Assembly (NCBI GenBank): GCA_041741395.1
Contig: JBGSKB010000112.1
Coordinates: forward strand, 1 to 38,379
Source: Melioribacteraceae bacterium
GTDB lineage: Bacteria; Bacteroidota; Ignavibacteria; Ignavibacteriales; Melioribacteraceae
Direction of reading: 5' to 3'
Length of the DNA: 38,379 nt
A model generated the notes under the pieces. It searched no databases. It had not been told where the DNA came from and was given only the letters and a program-made list of their open reading frames with translations. This document shows positions 9,167-20,000 of the stretch, piece by piece (the first letter of the stretch is position 1; every line of letters begins with the position of its first letter). Both the position numbers and the translations under genes were made by a program.

Positions 9167-9212
9167 AACTTTCTCTTTTATTCATAATTTGTAAAATGAA
9201 TTTTATAATTGT
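9117..9212. repeat. 96-bp direct repeat, copy A (phzF codons 1-17 plus 46 bp of upstream DNA)
   Basis: Aligns without gaps to 11780..11875 (offset 2663 bp) with 8 mismatches in 96 by hand alignment. Similarity ends sharply at both edges. Confidence 0.9.
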
Positions 9213-9221
9213 GTAAGTAAT

Positions 9222-9247
9222 AAAAGCCCGTTGTTAAACGGGCTTTT
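9222..9247 (-). terminator. Hairpin terminator downstream of the LRR/T9SS gene
   Basis: AAAAGCCCGTT-GTTA-AACGGGCTTTT: 11-bp stem with 4-nt loop and A/T runs on both sides. Located 46 nt past the stop of the 9293..11557 gene. Confidence 0.6.
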
Positions 9248-9292
9248 ATAAGATAATAATTTGTCTATTTATTTACACTAGGACATTTGTCG

Positions 9293-11557
9293 TTATTTCA
9301 CCAATAACATTTTCTTTGTATTAGTATAATTTCCAGCTTTCAATGTATAAAAGTAAATTCCGCTTGTGAGCTTGCTAGAATTAAAGTTGTATGAATAAGC
9401 ACCGGCAGATTTATTTCCATTTTCTAATACAGATATAGTGTTTCCCAATACATCATATATTGTTAAACTTACATAACTAGATTTTGGTATTGAGTAACTT
9501 ATTACTGTTGATGGATTAAAAGGATTTGGATAATTCTGTCTCAATTCATATTCTGTCTGTATTGAGTTAGTTTTATTTACATCAGTTGGTGAAATAATAA
9601 TCCCTAACCTTACTTCCGAAAAATGTTTTGCATATATTGTAAAATAATTTTCATCAACTTCTTTTCTTATTCCATCAAAATCTGGATTTAATCCATTAAC
9701 AGTAAAAAATGGAGTTAATTGATCTATTTTGAAATTTAAAAGATCTAATAAAGTAGTTATGTTAACAATAGGTATTTTGATATATGCTTCCTTTCCGTTG
9801 TTAAAGTAATAATATTCTAATGGATTATGAGAACCGGATACCGACCCATTTATCTCAATGCTTAAGAAAAATAACTCTATTATACCTTGTGTATCTAGAT
9901 TTTTAACTTGAGCTTCATCACATATTTCTGATAAGTTAATAGAAATGTTAATGTCTTCATTTAAACTTCCCAAAGGAATTCCAAATTCAGTTCCAACAAT
10001 AGAATTATAAAATGGTTGATAATTAGAAAATGGAGATGGAAGTGTATAGGAAGGAAATACACAGCTTTGCCCCTCAAAAAAAGAACCTTTTTCTATTACT
10101 AATGGATTATGTGGATCATTACAATTTGGTAATACTATTTCATAACTTATTTTATAAGGGGGTATACATGGTCCATTTGCCAAAATCTGCTGCTTTGTTG
10201 GATTAACTAAATTACCAGATATATCATAAAAATCAACCACTATTCCTTTATCAAATAGAGGAAAAAGACCACAAAAACTAGTAAGTGAGATATTATTTTT
10301 GATCCTTAAGGAACTACCAATATAAGTTAAGTTTGCCAATCCATCTAAGTTAGCAAGCTTAGGATTGTTTGTAATCATTAAAGTTCTCGCAGATTTAAGA
10401 TTTTTTAAGCCATCAACATTTTCTAATGAAATATTATTACTTATATCTAAAAAATTTTGGTCAACTGATATAATATTATCTAGTCCATCTAAATTTTTTA
10501 ATGATGAATTACCAAAAATATTTATACCTAAAGCAGATGTGATATTTTTTAATCCCAAAATACTTTTAAGAGAAACATTTTGATATAATATAATACCAAT
10601 ACCATTTACAAAAGACGTAAGACCAATTAGTCCATCAAGATTTGTAAGTGAGGAATTATTACTAATTATTAAAGCAGAAGCACTTTTTAAGTTTGTGAGA
10701 GCATCTAAATTAACAAGTAATGGATTGAGACCAATTTCTATATTTATCACAGATTTAATATTTTTAAGTCCGTTAATATTATTGAGTACTTCATTGTCAC
10801 CAATAGCTATACTGCTATTGAAAGTGGTTATATTTACTAAACCATCCACATTAGTTAATGCTGAATTTCCCTGAATAATAATATCATTTTTAACTGAGGT
10901 TATTCCACTTAATCCATTTAAATTTGTAAGTGAGGAATTAGAAACAATGAATAGATGACCTCCGAGAGATGTAAGATTGCGTAATCCGTCCACATTTGTA
11001 AGTTTAGGATTAGATTGTAATACCAGGTCCCAATCAATAGAAGTAATACTTTTTAATCCCTTTAAATTTGTGAGAGAAGAATTATCATTAATCATAAGAT
11101 ATTTACTTACATGTGTAATTTTACTTAATCCATCTATATTAGTAAGTAAATTATTATTAATTACTTCAATATATCCACCAACAGAAGCAATATTACTTAA
11201 TTCATCTAAACTTGTTATTAACGAATTGCTTATTACAGTGAAATTCCCCCCCACATTTGTAATGTTATTTAATCCATTTAAATTTGTAAGCAAAGAATGT
11301 TCCGCAACATCAAACGATCCCCCAACGGATGTAATAGAAGACAGAGGGGTTAAATCTGTAATATCTCCTGAGATATCTTGGATTATGAGATTACCAGATA
11401 TTGAGGTAAAATTATTCGCACCAAAAGTATTAATTTCAGCTTGCGAAGTAAGTTTTACATCACCCGTATAAGTTTGAGCTTTTGCTGAAGTATTAAAAAA
11501 AACAAAAAACAAAGAAACAACATATAGAATATTCTTAATAAATCTAAAAGGTATCAT
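9293..11557 (-). CDS. Secreted leucine-rich-repeat (BspA/receptor-L-like) surface protein with T9SS C-terminal sorting domain
   Basis: Signal peptide (LFFVFFNTSAKAQT). About 17-18 tandem ~22-23-aa repeats of the form L.NL.GL.NIT.VGG.L.I..N..LT. C-terminal NYPNPFNPSTVISYSIP...GIYFYTLKAGNYTNTKKMLLVK resembles the type-A T9SS sorting domain. Confidence 0.8.
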   Translation of the reverse strand: MIPFRFIKNILYVVSLFFVFFNTSAKAQTYTGDVKLTSQAEINTFGANNFTSISGNLIIQDISGDITDLTPLSSITSVGGSFDVAEHSLLTNLNGLNNITNVGGNFTVISNSLITSLDELSNIASVGGYIEVINNNLLTNIDGLSKITHVSKYLMINDNSSLTNLKGLKSITSIDWDLVLQSNPKLTNVDGLRNLTSLGGHLFIVSNSSLTNLNGLSGITSVKNDIIIQGNSALTNVDGLVNITTFNSSIAIGDNEVLNNINGLKNIKSVINIEIGLNPLLVNLDALTNLKSASALIISNNSSLTNLDGLIGLTSFVNGIGIILYQNVSLKSILGLKNITSALGINIFGNSSLKNLDGLDNIISVDQNFLDISNNISLENVDGLKNLKSARTLMITNNPKLANLDGLANLTYIGSSLRIKNNISLTSFCGLFPLFDKGIVVDFYDISGNLVNPTKQQILANGPCIPPYKISYEIVLPNCNDPHNPLVIEKGSFFEGQSCVFPSYTLPSPFSNYQPFYNSIVGTEFGIPLGSLNEDINISINLSEICDEAQVKNLDTQGIIELFFLSIEINGSVSGSHNPLEYYYFNNGKEAYIKIPIVNITTLLDLLNFKIDQLTPFFTVNGLNPDFDGIRKEVDENYFTIYAKHFSEVRLGIIISPTDVNKTNSIQTEYELRQNYPNPFNPSTVISYSIPKSSYVSLTIYDVLGNTISVLENGNKSAGAYSYNFNSSKLTSGIYFYTLKAGNYTNTKKMLLVK

Positions 11558-11745
11558 TTAACCTCCATTTACAAATTGTAATTAAAAATTATAGTTAATA
11601 AATTTAAGTTATTTTTAATATAATAAGTTTAATTGTAAATTTTAGTGTTTTATAATACAATTACAAGAAAAATCTAAGTAAATAATTTTTAATAATAGAT
11701 TTAAGTAAAAGTGATAAAAAAAGTTTGCGATTATGAATAATTATT

Positions 11746-11829
11746 TTATGATAACACAATAACAGAAGTAGAAATTCTTTTAAAAACTTCACTGCTAAAA
11801 GCATCAACTTGATATAATTTTAATTTCAT
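11746..11829 (-). pseudogene. Relic 5' fragment of a phzF copy (27-codon ORF: first 17 aa match PhzF, then unrelated sequence and a stop)
   Basis: Minus-strand translation is MKLKLYQVDAFSSEVFKRISTSVIVLS*. Residues 1-17 match the intact PhzF N-terminus (MKLKLYQVDAFTSEVFK) at 16 of 17 positions. Lies within repeat copy B. Confidence 0.7.
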
Positions 11830-11875
11830 AACTTTCTCGTTTATTTATAATTTGTAAAACGAATTTAATAATTGT
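11780..11875. repeat. 96-bp direct repeat, copy B
   Basis: Partner of 9117..9212, about 92 percent identical. Ends 21 nt before the decarboxylase ATG. Confidence 0.9.
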
Positions 11876-11895
11876 TTAAAAATAAAGAGAATTTT

Positions 11896-13335
11896 ATGTT
11901 TTCAGAAACGAAAGATATGCCTATTGAAGAGTTTAGAAAATATGGTCACGAATTAATTGATTTTATTGCAGATTACATAGAGAATATTGAGGAAAAATCG
12001 GTACTTGCTCAAATTCAACCCGGTGATGTGAAAGAAAAATTACCTCAAACTCCTCCGCAAAAAGGGGAAAAGATGGAAAGTATTTTAAATGATGTAAACG
12101 AAATTATTATGCCCGGAATGACGCATTGGAATCATCCAAATTTTATGGCATATTTTAACTCGACTGCCTCAACCCCAGCAATATTAGGTGATTTCTTAAG
12201 TTCAGCTTTTAACATTAACGGAATGATTTGGAAAACCGCTCCAGCTTCAACAGAATTAGAAGAAGTTGTATTAGATTGGTTTCGTCAGATGTTACAATTA
12301 CCGAAAAAGTTTTTTGGAATTATTTACGATTTGGCTTCAGTTAGTTCAATGCATGCAATTGCGGCAGCACGCGAACAAGCAAAATCAACATATCAAAATT
12401 ATGATATCACAAAACTTCGACTTTATTGTTCAGAACACGCTCATTCTTCAATTGAAAAAGGAGTTATTACTTTAGGGTTACCACTTTCTGCTGTTGTTAA
12501 AATTAAAACCGATGATCAATTTAGAATGATTACTTCAGAGCTTGAAGAAGAAATTATTAAAGATTTCAAAAATGATTTTTTGCCATTTTGCATTATTGCA
12601 ACAGTTGGGACTACATCAACAACAAGTATTGATCCGGTTGATGTAATTTCTCAAATTGCAAAAAAAAATAAATTGTGGCTTCATGTTGATGCTGCACATG
12701 CCGGATCCGCAGCAATAATTCCCGAGATAAGATCAATTTTAAGCGGAATTGAAGATGCAGATTCTATGGTTGTAAATCCGCATAAATGGCTTTTTGTCCC
12801 AATTGATTTAAGCGTATTATTTACTCAAAAACCAGAAGTAATAAAAAAAGCATTTTCAATTATTCCAGAATATTTAAAGACGGATGAAGAATCTAAAGTT
12901 ATAAATTATATGGATTATGGAATTCAGCTTGGGAGAAAATTCCGTTCCTTAAAATTGTGGTTTTTAATTCGCTACTTTGGAGTTGAAGGATTACAAAATA
13001 TTTTGCGTGAACATTTAAGATTAGGTGAACTTTTTGCTGATTTTATTGATCGACATCCAAACTTTGAAAGATTAGCACCAACTCCATTAAGTACAATATG
13101 TTTTAGAGCTGTTCCAAATAAAAAAATGAATGAAGAAGAATTAAATGATTTCAATAAAACATTGATGGATGAAATTAATAATTCTGGTAAGTTATTTTTA
13201 AGTCACACAAAACTTAACGGAAAATTTACGATACGAATAACAATTGGCGGAATAAGAACTGAAGAAAAACATATTTTGAATGCTTGGGAATTGATTCAAC
13301 TAAAATATAATTACTTAATAAAAATTAGGCGATAA
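11896..13335 (+). CDS. Pyridoxal-dependent group II decarboxylase (aromatic-L-amino-acid / tyrosine / tryptophan decarboxylase-like)
   Basis: Motifs HWNHPNFMAYFNS, TVGTTSTTSIDP, LHVDAAHAGSA and the PLP-lysine motif NPHKWLFVPIDLS. I prefer the ATG at 11896 (MFSETKDMPIEEFRKYGHELIDF) over the tracked TTG at 11872, which lies inside the duplicated repeat. Confidence 0.85.
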   Translation: MFSETKDMPIEEFRKYGHELIDFIADYIENIEEKSVLAQIQPGDVKEKLPQTPPQKGEKMESILNDVNEIIMPGMTHWNHPNFMAYFNSTASTPAILGDFLSSAFNINGMIWKTAPASTELEEVVLDWFRQMLQLPKKFFGIIYDLASVSSMHAIAAAREQAKSTYQNYDITKLRLYCSEHAHSSIEKGVITLGLPLSAVVKIKTDDQFRMITSELEEEIIKDFKNDFLPFCIIATVGTTSTTSIDPVDVISQIAKKNKLWLHVDAAHAGSAAIIPEIRSILSGIEDADSMVVNPHKWLFVPIDLSVLFTQKPEVIKKAFSIIPEYLKTDEESKVINYMDYGIQLGRKFRSLKLWFLIRYFGVEGLQNILREHLRLGELFADFIDRHPNFERLAPTPLSTICFRAVPNKKMNEEELNDFNKTLMDEINNSGKLFLSHTKLNGKFTIRITIGGIRTEEKHILNAWELIQLKYNYLIKIRR

Positions 13336-13336
13336 G

Positions 13337-13975
13337 ATGAATTCTTTGCTTGAATTTACCGTAATTGCTTTTACTTCTTTGTTTACAATGATGAATCCAC
13401 TTGGAGTAATACCAGTATATATTTCCTTAACTTCTCACTTGGATCCCAAAGTTGCAAAAAAAGTAGCGTACAAGGCAGTTTTAACAGCATTTATAATTTT
13501 AGTGCTTTTTGCAATAGCTGGTAAATTTATCTTTGATTTTTTTGCGATTACAATTCATAGTTTAAGAATTGTTGGCGGCATTATTTTTTTTATTGCCGGT
13601 TATGATATGTTACAAGCAAGATTGAATAGAACTAAATCACGAGAAGATGAACATTTTGAAGATGCTAAGGATATTGCAATTAGTCCGCTTGGAATTCCAT
13701 TAATTACCGGACCGGGAGCAATTACTGTTTCAATATTTTTGTTTAATGATGCGGTAGAAATTTCACAAAAAGTTATTTTGTTTTCTGTAATATTTTTATT
13801 GATGACTATAATGCTAGTATCATTATTAACAGGAAGAAAGTTAATGGAATTTCTTGGCGAAACGGGAAATAAAGTCTTAATGAGAATAATGGGATTGATA
13901 GTAATGGTTATTGCAGTTGAGTATATGTTTAGCGGATTGACACCGCTTGTAAGAAAAATGTTAAAGATTGAATAG
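13337..13975 (+). CDS. MarC-family (UPF0056) integral membrane protein
   Basis: Six-TM-like hydrophobic profile. N-terminal FTSLFTMMNPLGVIPVYISLT is typical of MarC/YhgN proteins. Starts 2 nt after the decarboxylase stop, so co-transcription is likely. Confidence 0.75.
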   Translation: MNSLLEFTVIAFTSLFTMMNPLGVIPVYISLTSHLDPKVAKKVAYKAVLTAFIILVLFAIAGKFIFDFFAITIHSLRIVGGIIFFIAGYDMLQARLNRTKSREDEHFEDAKDIAISPLGIPLITGPGAITVSIFLFNDAVEISQKVILFSVIFLLMTIMLVSLLTGRKLMEFLGETGNKVLMRIMGLIVMVIAVEYMFSGLTPLVRKMLKIE

Positions 13976-13982
13976 AAATTTC

Positions 13983-14015
13983 AAACATGCCATATTTCAA
14001 AAATACGGCATGTTT
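13983..14015. terminator. Hairpin between convergent genes (possible bidirectional terminator)
   Basis: AAACATGCC-15 nt-GGCATGTTT followed by ATTTT. Sits between the marC-like stop (13975) and the stop of the giant minus-strand ORF (14028). Confidence 0.5.
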
Positions 14016-14027
14016 ATTTTACACTTT

Positions 14028-17000
14028 TTATTTTTTAATCTTTTCTTTCAGTTTTTTAACAACAGCAAATTTAGCAGCGGCTAAAGTTTCTCTGTTTACT
14101 TTTTCAGTAATTCTTCCTCGAGTAATATCTTCCAAATTTATATAACCATTCATAAAAAGCAATTGAAGTATCATATTGTTTTCAATGGTCGATTTACTAT
14201 ATCCGTTTGCAATGTAAAGTTTATCGCAATCTTTATAAAACTCATCTGCAAAACTTTCATTGTTCGGAAGATCCATAAGCTGTTCGTAAGTTTCTGTATA
14301 TCCGCTTAATTCAACATTAATATTTGGTGTAACTAAAAGCGGACTGAATTCCTTTTTCTTTTCAACCGGACCAAAACCTTTAATTGATGTTAAATCAACA
14401 CTCACTTTTTCATTATCAATTCTTACAAACTCTGCCTTACGCATTTGTTCTAATTGGAATAAGAAAAAGTTATATCTGTTAACTTCAGCATTTTGTTTTT
14501 CATCAGAAAATATATGCGGATATTTTTCCTTAACAATATTTCTAATATAATTTTTATTCTTATTTATTTCCGGTTTAGAAATCCTAACTTCTTGAATCAT
14601 TTTTACCATATCTTGTGCGGCGGCTTGCGGACCGGAAATTTCTTTTCCTTTTCTTCCAAGGTCAGTTGATAATATTCCAAATTGAATATGTCTGCCGGCA
14701 CCTTTTTCTTTTTCACCGCCTTTTAAAATATTTACTAAATGTTTTTTCATTTCATACTGACTTTCTTCAGCAACAAAAGGCTGTCCAGCCGGAGTGCTTG
14801 CCAATGAATTAAAGAAACTGCTGAAAATTGTTCTATCAACCAAAATTTCCTTAATTGAAGATTCTTCAGATTTTGAATCAATACAGTTTGCAATAAATCT
14901 ATTTTTAATTATATCAAACTTTACCGAATCAATTTTATATTTAATTCCATCGGTGTGTTTGAAAATCTTTTTATCAAAAATTTTATTTACAACTTCTTCA
15001 ATATCAATTTTATCAATTAGTTTGTATGAAGAACACAAATAATATTTTCCGGTAAATTCATCAAGTTCCCAATCAAGAACATCATCAAGATAATTGCCGT
15101 GTTTGTCCATTATTTCAACAACATTTTTATCATTTGTGTATCTAAGTAAAGTTCTTTGGAAATTCGGATTATCTGAACTTGTTGCTTTCTCTTTTCTTTC
15201 GCCATGGGAATCGCGATAGAGTAAAAAGTTTTCCGGATTTTTATAAACTGTAATTCCGGCTTCTTGTCTGCCGAAGTTACTGGCTGTTAACATAATATCA
15301 ATTTTATACGGCATTTTTATATCGCACAAACCGCTAATTGTACTTCTAGAATTTAAATCTTCAACATTACTATCTGCGGCACTTTCAAAAAGTGAGTTGT
15401 AATATTTAATAAAATCGGGATCAAAATCCGTTACGCGAGAAAAATCACCTTCTTCAGTTCCAATTCCATATAAGTTACCTTCGGCATCCGGAAATACATA
15501 AAACATATCTCCGGCAATTAATTTTATAGATCTAATTCCGGGTAAATCTTTTTTAAGCCATTTCAACATCATGGCGGCAAGCATTTCAGATTTTCCAACT
15601 CCGCTATCGCCATCAACTTGAATTACAAATATACTTCCGTCTTCTTCTTCAATGGCAAATAATGAACCATGAATCGGCATTCCACCCATTTCTTTAACTT
15701 TCTCGTTCATCATTGTAAGCCAAGGTTTTTTGATGTTACCGAAATAATCGGTTTTCATCTTTAATGGTGTTACTAAAGTTTTGATATTTCCATTTGGACC
15801 TTTAATGTTGAAGTAACCAATTTGCGGATAAGAAATTACTTTTTCCGGTGCACCATAAAATAAAATTACATCGGGAATAAAATCTTTTAAATCATTTAAA
15901 CTAACTTCATCAGCTGAAATTAATCTGTGATTATCGGTTAAATATTTTATATAAGATTTTTGAATTATGTATAAAACCTTTACCAAACCGTGCTTAATAA
16001 TTTTGCATCTATAATCATCGGCATCCATATTTTTAACAAATTTTGATAAACGATGTTTGAAAAAAACTGCAGATGGTTTTGTATCTAAATTTTTGATGTA
16101 CTCATTTAAATCTTCATATTTTCTTTCTTCTTGAATATCGAGTTCTCTATCAACTTTGTGCATTGCATATTCACGTTTCTTGGAATCTGTAACAATTCTG
16201 GTATGAGTTTGAACGGGCTGTTCAGAAGCTATAACTCCGCATTTCTTCATTACCTCTTCAATCCATTTTAATGAACCATCATCAAATGAACTTAGAGTTT
16301 TATTGCTGAATTCATAATTTTGATGAAGTGTAATTCCATGTTGAATCATTTCATTTATGCTGGAATTCTGCTGTCTGTATTGGGTTTCTACAAATTTAAT
16401 TAATATGTGAGTGTATTTATCATAATATTCAGTTGAACGAGTTTTATTAATTATTTTTATAAAAAATAAAATTATATCACGAGAAACTTGATGAAGTTTT
16501 TCTTGAGTAATTTTCTCATTCTTGTATCTGTAAATTTCATTTATAATTTCATTTACTTCTGAATTTATAATTTCAAAAATAAATTCTTCGGTAAATAATT
16601 TAACTTCGCCATTTTCTTTTTGCGCTAATTTTGAAGATAGAAATTGTACTTTTTGATTGAGTATATTTAAGAAACTATCATCTTTTTTAAGCAAGTAGAA
16701 ATATAAAAGTTGTTCAGGTATGGTTAAATTTGGAACAAGAATTTTATTCAATAAAGTGCTGAGAATTATTCCATCTAATTTTTTGCTAAATATATGATCA
16801 TCTAATTTCTTAAATATTTTATCCAAAAATATGTTTGCGTATTGCTTTAGGTTAAATTCATGAACAGAAAATCCCACAACTTCATTAAACTTTTCCACAG
16901 AAGTTTTTAATAGCTGTTCATAATTTGGTTCAATAGATTCTTGCTCAAACGGCAAGTTGAAGTGAAGCAGTAATTCACGAATATATTTTCTTAGAACTAT

Positions 17001-20000
17001 ATTTGTTCCTTCAAGTTTTGCAATATCACCGGCAAAATCTTCAGAAGCATTTAAAGCCATAATTTTTACTTTTGAATCTGAAAAAAGAATTCTTTCCATT
17101 TCAATAAGTATTTCTTTCATTATTATGATTTCATCAGGGTCATCAAGCACATGATAATTTGGTTTGTAATCCATTTTATTATCAATGTACTTTTGTATTG
17201 TAGGCTTGCCAAATCTATTTATAACAGTATTAAAATCTAAATTTTTTATCTGCGGAATTGATTTGTAAATCTGCGGTAATAAATTTTCATAAATTTTAGA
17301 AAATGCTTTGCTCTTAATAAAGCTTCCTAAATCTCTGCATTCGCCGATATTTTCATAAAACTCAATAACAGAATTTTGTGATTTATTGAGTGAATTAATT
17401 GTAACGCCGCAATCTTTTGGAAATGAATGATAGAGCGTCATTATATTGCTGATTGTGAGACTGTTTTTCTTTTGCTTTTTAATATTCTTAATAATTTCAA
17501 AATCGCTTAAGATATTTTTGATAAAATCCTTATCGGTTGGCGATGAGAAAATTTCATCTAAAATATCATCAGTTCTTTTTTCTGAATTTTCAAGTTTCGC
17601 TTTTTCGTTTTTGAAAATTTTGAAATATTTCAGAACAATTCTTAAAGCATTTTCAAATTCTTTTTTAAAAACATCATAACTTTTTTCTGAACCTTGAACA
17701 TAATCACCAATTGAAAAACGTAAAAATCCGGTTTGATATGGAATTATAGCAATACCACGTTCTTGAGCTAATCTTTTTGTAAATTTTTCTAAATCTTGAT
17801 AGAAAAATTTATCAGTTAATTTTAGGTTAAATAAATAAGATCCATCCGAAGGAAGAACTTCCACAAAATTATTATCCGGTTCATCAAGAATTTTTGAAGC
17901 AACTTCTTTAGCAATTTTTAATCTTTTTATAGATTCTGCGCCAAAATTTTTATTTACTCTAAATTTATTTATTTCGGTTACAAGATGTTTTTGATAATAA
18001 CTGAAAAACGGTTCGCCTTTATATTTGAAATCATCCGGCAAATCTAAAACATCAAGTTTATCTAAAGACGTAAGTTCATCCAATAAAAACAAATGCAGTG
18101 GACTTCCTTCAAACGGAGAAAATCTTTTTGCGGATTTTCCTTGATTTGCAATTTCTTTTTTATCGTTAAAATTTTCTATTTCATCAGTAATATATTTTTC
18201 AATTCTTGCTTTAATTTTATAACGTGAAGCTTCTTTGGGAAGTTCTCGTTCCATTCTGTCTTTAATCTTTTTTGCAAGCTGAGCTGTTTCTAAAGTATTT
18301 ACAAGAATGTAAAGTGAGTTTGTATTTCCTTTTTCAATTCCGTTTTGTTCTTTTGCAAAATCAATTACATCTTTTCTTGCCGGAGTTGCAATTAACGAAC
18401 CCAATCTGCTTCCGGTTGCACCTAAATTTTTTGTCGTTGAAAGTGAAGATACTGCGCTGATATTTCCCATTGCGGAAATATTATTCATAATATATCTGGA
18501 AATAGTTCTCCACTTTGGTTCTTTCGGGTCTTCAATTTTTACCGAATCGCTGTAAGCTTCATCTAATAATAAAGTAATTTTACTATTGTTTAAAAACTTT
18601 AAAAGTTTTATTAATGAAACATTGTTAAAATCTGTGTAACCAGAAGGATTTGATGGATCATTAATTACTATTGTTAAATTTTCACAAAATCTATCCCACA
18701 AACTTCCGGTATCATCAAATAGCTGGAAGTTATTTTTCATTCTATTTAATCTAAGAAAAAGTCTTTCAAAATCGATTCTACCGCTTTCATCTAAACCAAT
18801 TTCTAAATCAAATGGATTTATATCAAATCTATCTTCCGGAAATAAATCTTTGTATTCCCAAGATGCTTCTTGGTTAAACAAAATGTACGGCATCAAAACA
18901 CGGTCGGATAAAATATCTCTAATTATCATCTGAACATCATCTGCAACAGAAGTAATTTCTAAATTGCTTAAGTTGCTAATAAATTCTTTGATAATTTCTT
19001 TTTCACTTTCAGATTTGGTTTCGTAAGATTCTTTAATTCCAAGATCAATTAATAAATTGTAAAATCTTCCGGTGTTATCTGATTCGTTTTGAACTTTGGT
19101 AATATATTCTTTATACTTTTCTAAAAATAAGTTCAATCCAAAATTTTTGTGGAAATGATTTTTTAAAGTTCGCTGATAATTATCTGGAATAATATCAATT
19201 ATGGTTTTGCATTTGCTGATAACTTTTGGATCGAGAGATTTTAATTTTCTTTGAAGCAGATAATTTCCGTAAGTTCTAATTTGACCTCGTCCTCCGCCCT
19301 CTATAATTGTTGCAATATTTACTTGTTCAATATTTGAATAAAAATAAGATTTTGTTCTTGATTCAAACTCGGCAATTAATGCTTTGTTAATTTTTTGAAG
19401 AGATTTAGGATTTTTGCAATTTTGAACAAGAACAATAAAATCTTTTAATTTTGTAAGTGAATATTTATCTCTAATAATCTGTTTAACAAAATTGTTGAAT
19501 TTAAATAAATACAAATTCTTCAAATGATTTTCGGTTTCACCTAATTGCTCAAGTTTGAATTGCTTTAATTCTTCATTGTAATCTGCAATTTTTTGTTCAG
19601 CGCAATTTCTGAATTTCTCTAAATTTTCATCATTTACTTTATCCAAAATCAATCGGAGGTTTAATTGACTATTAGCCAAGGCCCCAAGTTTTTTTGTATG
19701 AACTTTATTTAGTGTATTTATTATTTTATTATGAAACGCAAAGACTAAAGAAGTATTTGTACTTTTTGATTCGGGTGAATCATCAACTAAAACAATTCTT
19801 GTTAAATATGGAAACCATTTTTTATTATTGAAAATATTTTTTCTCATATTTTCAATTTTAACAATGAAAATACTTGTTGTGTCCAATTCTATTTGCTTAG
19901 ATAAATCTTCCGGATTTTTAAACTCAATAACTTTTACATCATTTTTATTAAATATTTCATTGGAAAACAATTCCACAACTGTATCTGAACTTCCGCCAAC

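Noticed and set aside
10300-11460. Regular ~66-69-bp periodicity that could superficially suggest a CRISPR-like or tandem repeat array.
   Set aside because: The periodicity is the coding repeat of a leucine-rich-repeat protein (22-23-aa units). The units are divergent, with no invariant repeats alternating with unique spacers, and no cas genes are present.
8913-11471. Plus-strand ORFs 8913..9194, 10365..10583 and 10977..11471, antisense to the phzF and LRR genes.
   Set aside because: The opposite-strand genes have strong family signatures. These ORFs have no start context or motifs, and the one at 10977..11471 simply mirrors the LRR periodicity.
9213-11779. I looked for a transposase, integrase, terminal inverted repeats or a tRNA attachment site that could explain the cassette insertion.
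   Set aside because: None is visible. The only coding capacity is the LRR gene, so I do not call this a mobile element; I call it only a repeat-flanked insertion.
11872-11895. The tracked TTG start at 11872 for the decarboxylase, and similarly TTG 24012 for trpG and TTG 24578 for trpD.
   Set aside because: Downstream in-frame ATGs (11896, 24027, 24590) give N-termini typical of the families and have better RBS or stop-start coupling context. The TTG at 11872 lies inside the duplicated 96-bp repeat.
12972-13154. Minus-strand 60-aa ORF inside the decarboxylase gene.
   Set aside because: It is antisense to a well-supported gene and has no independent signals.
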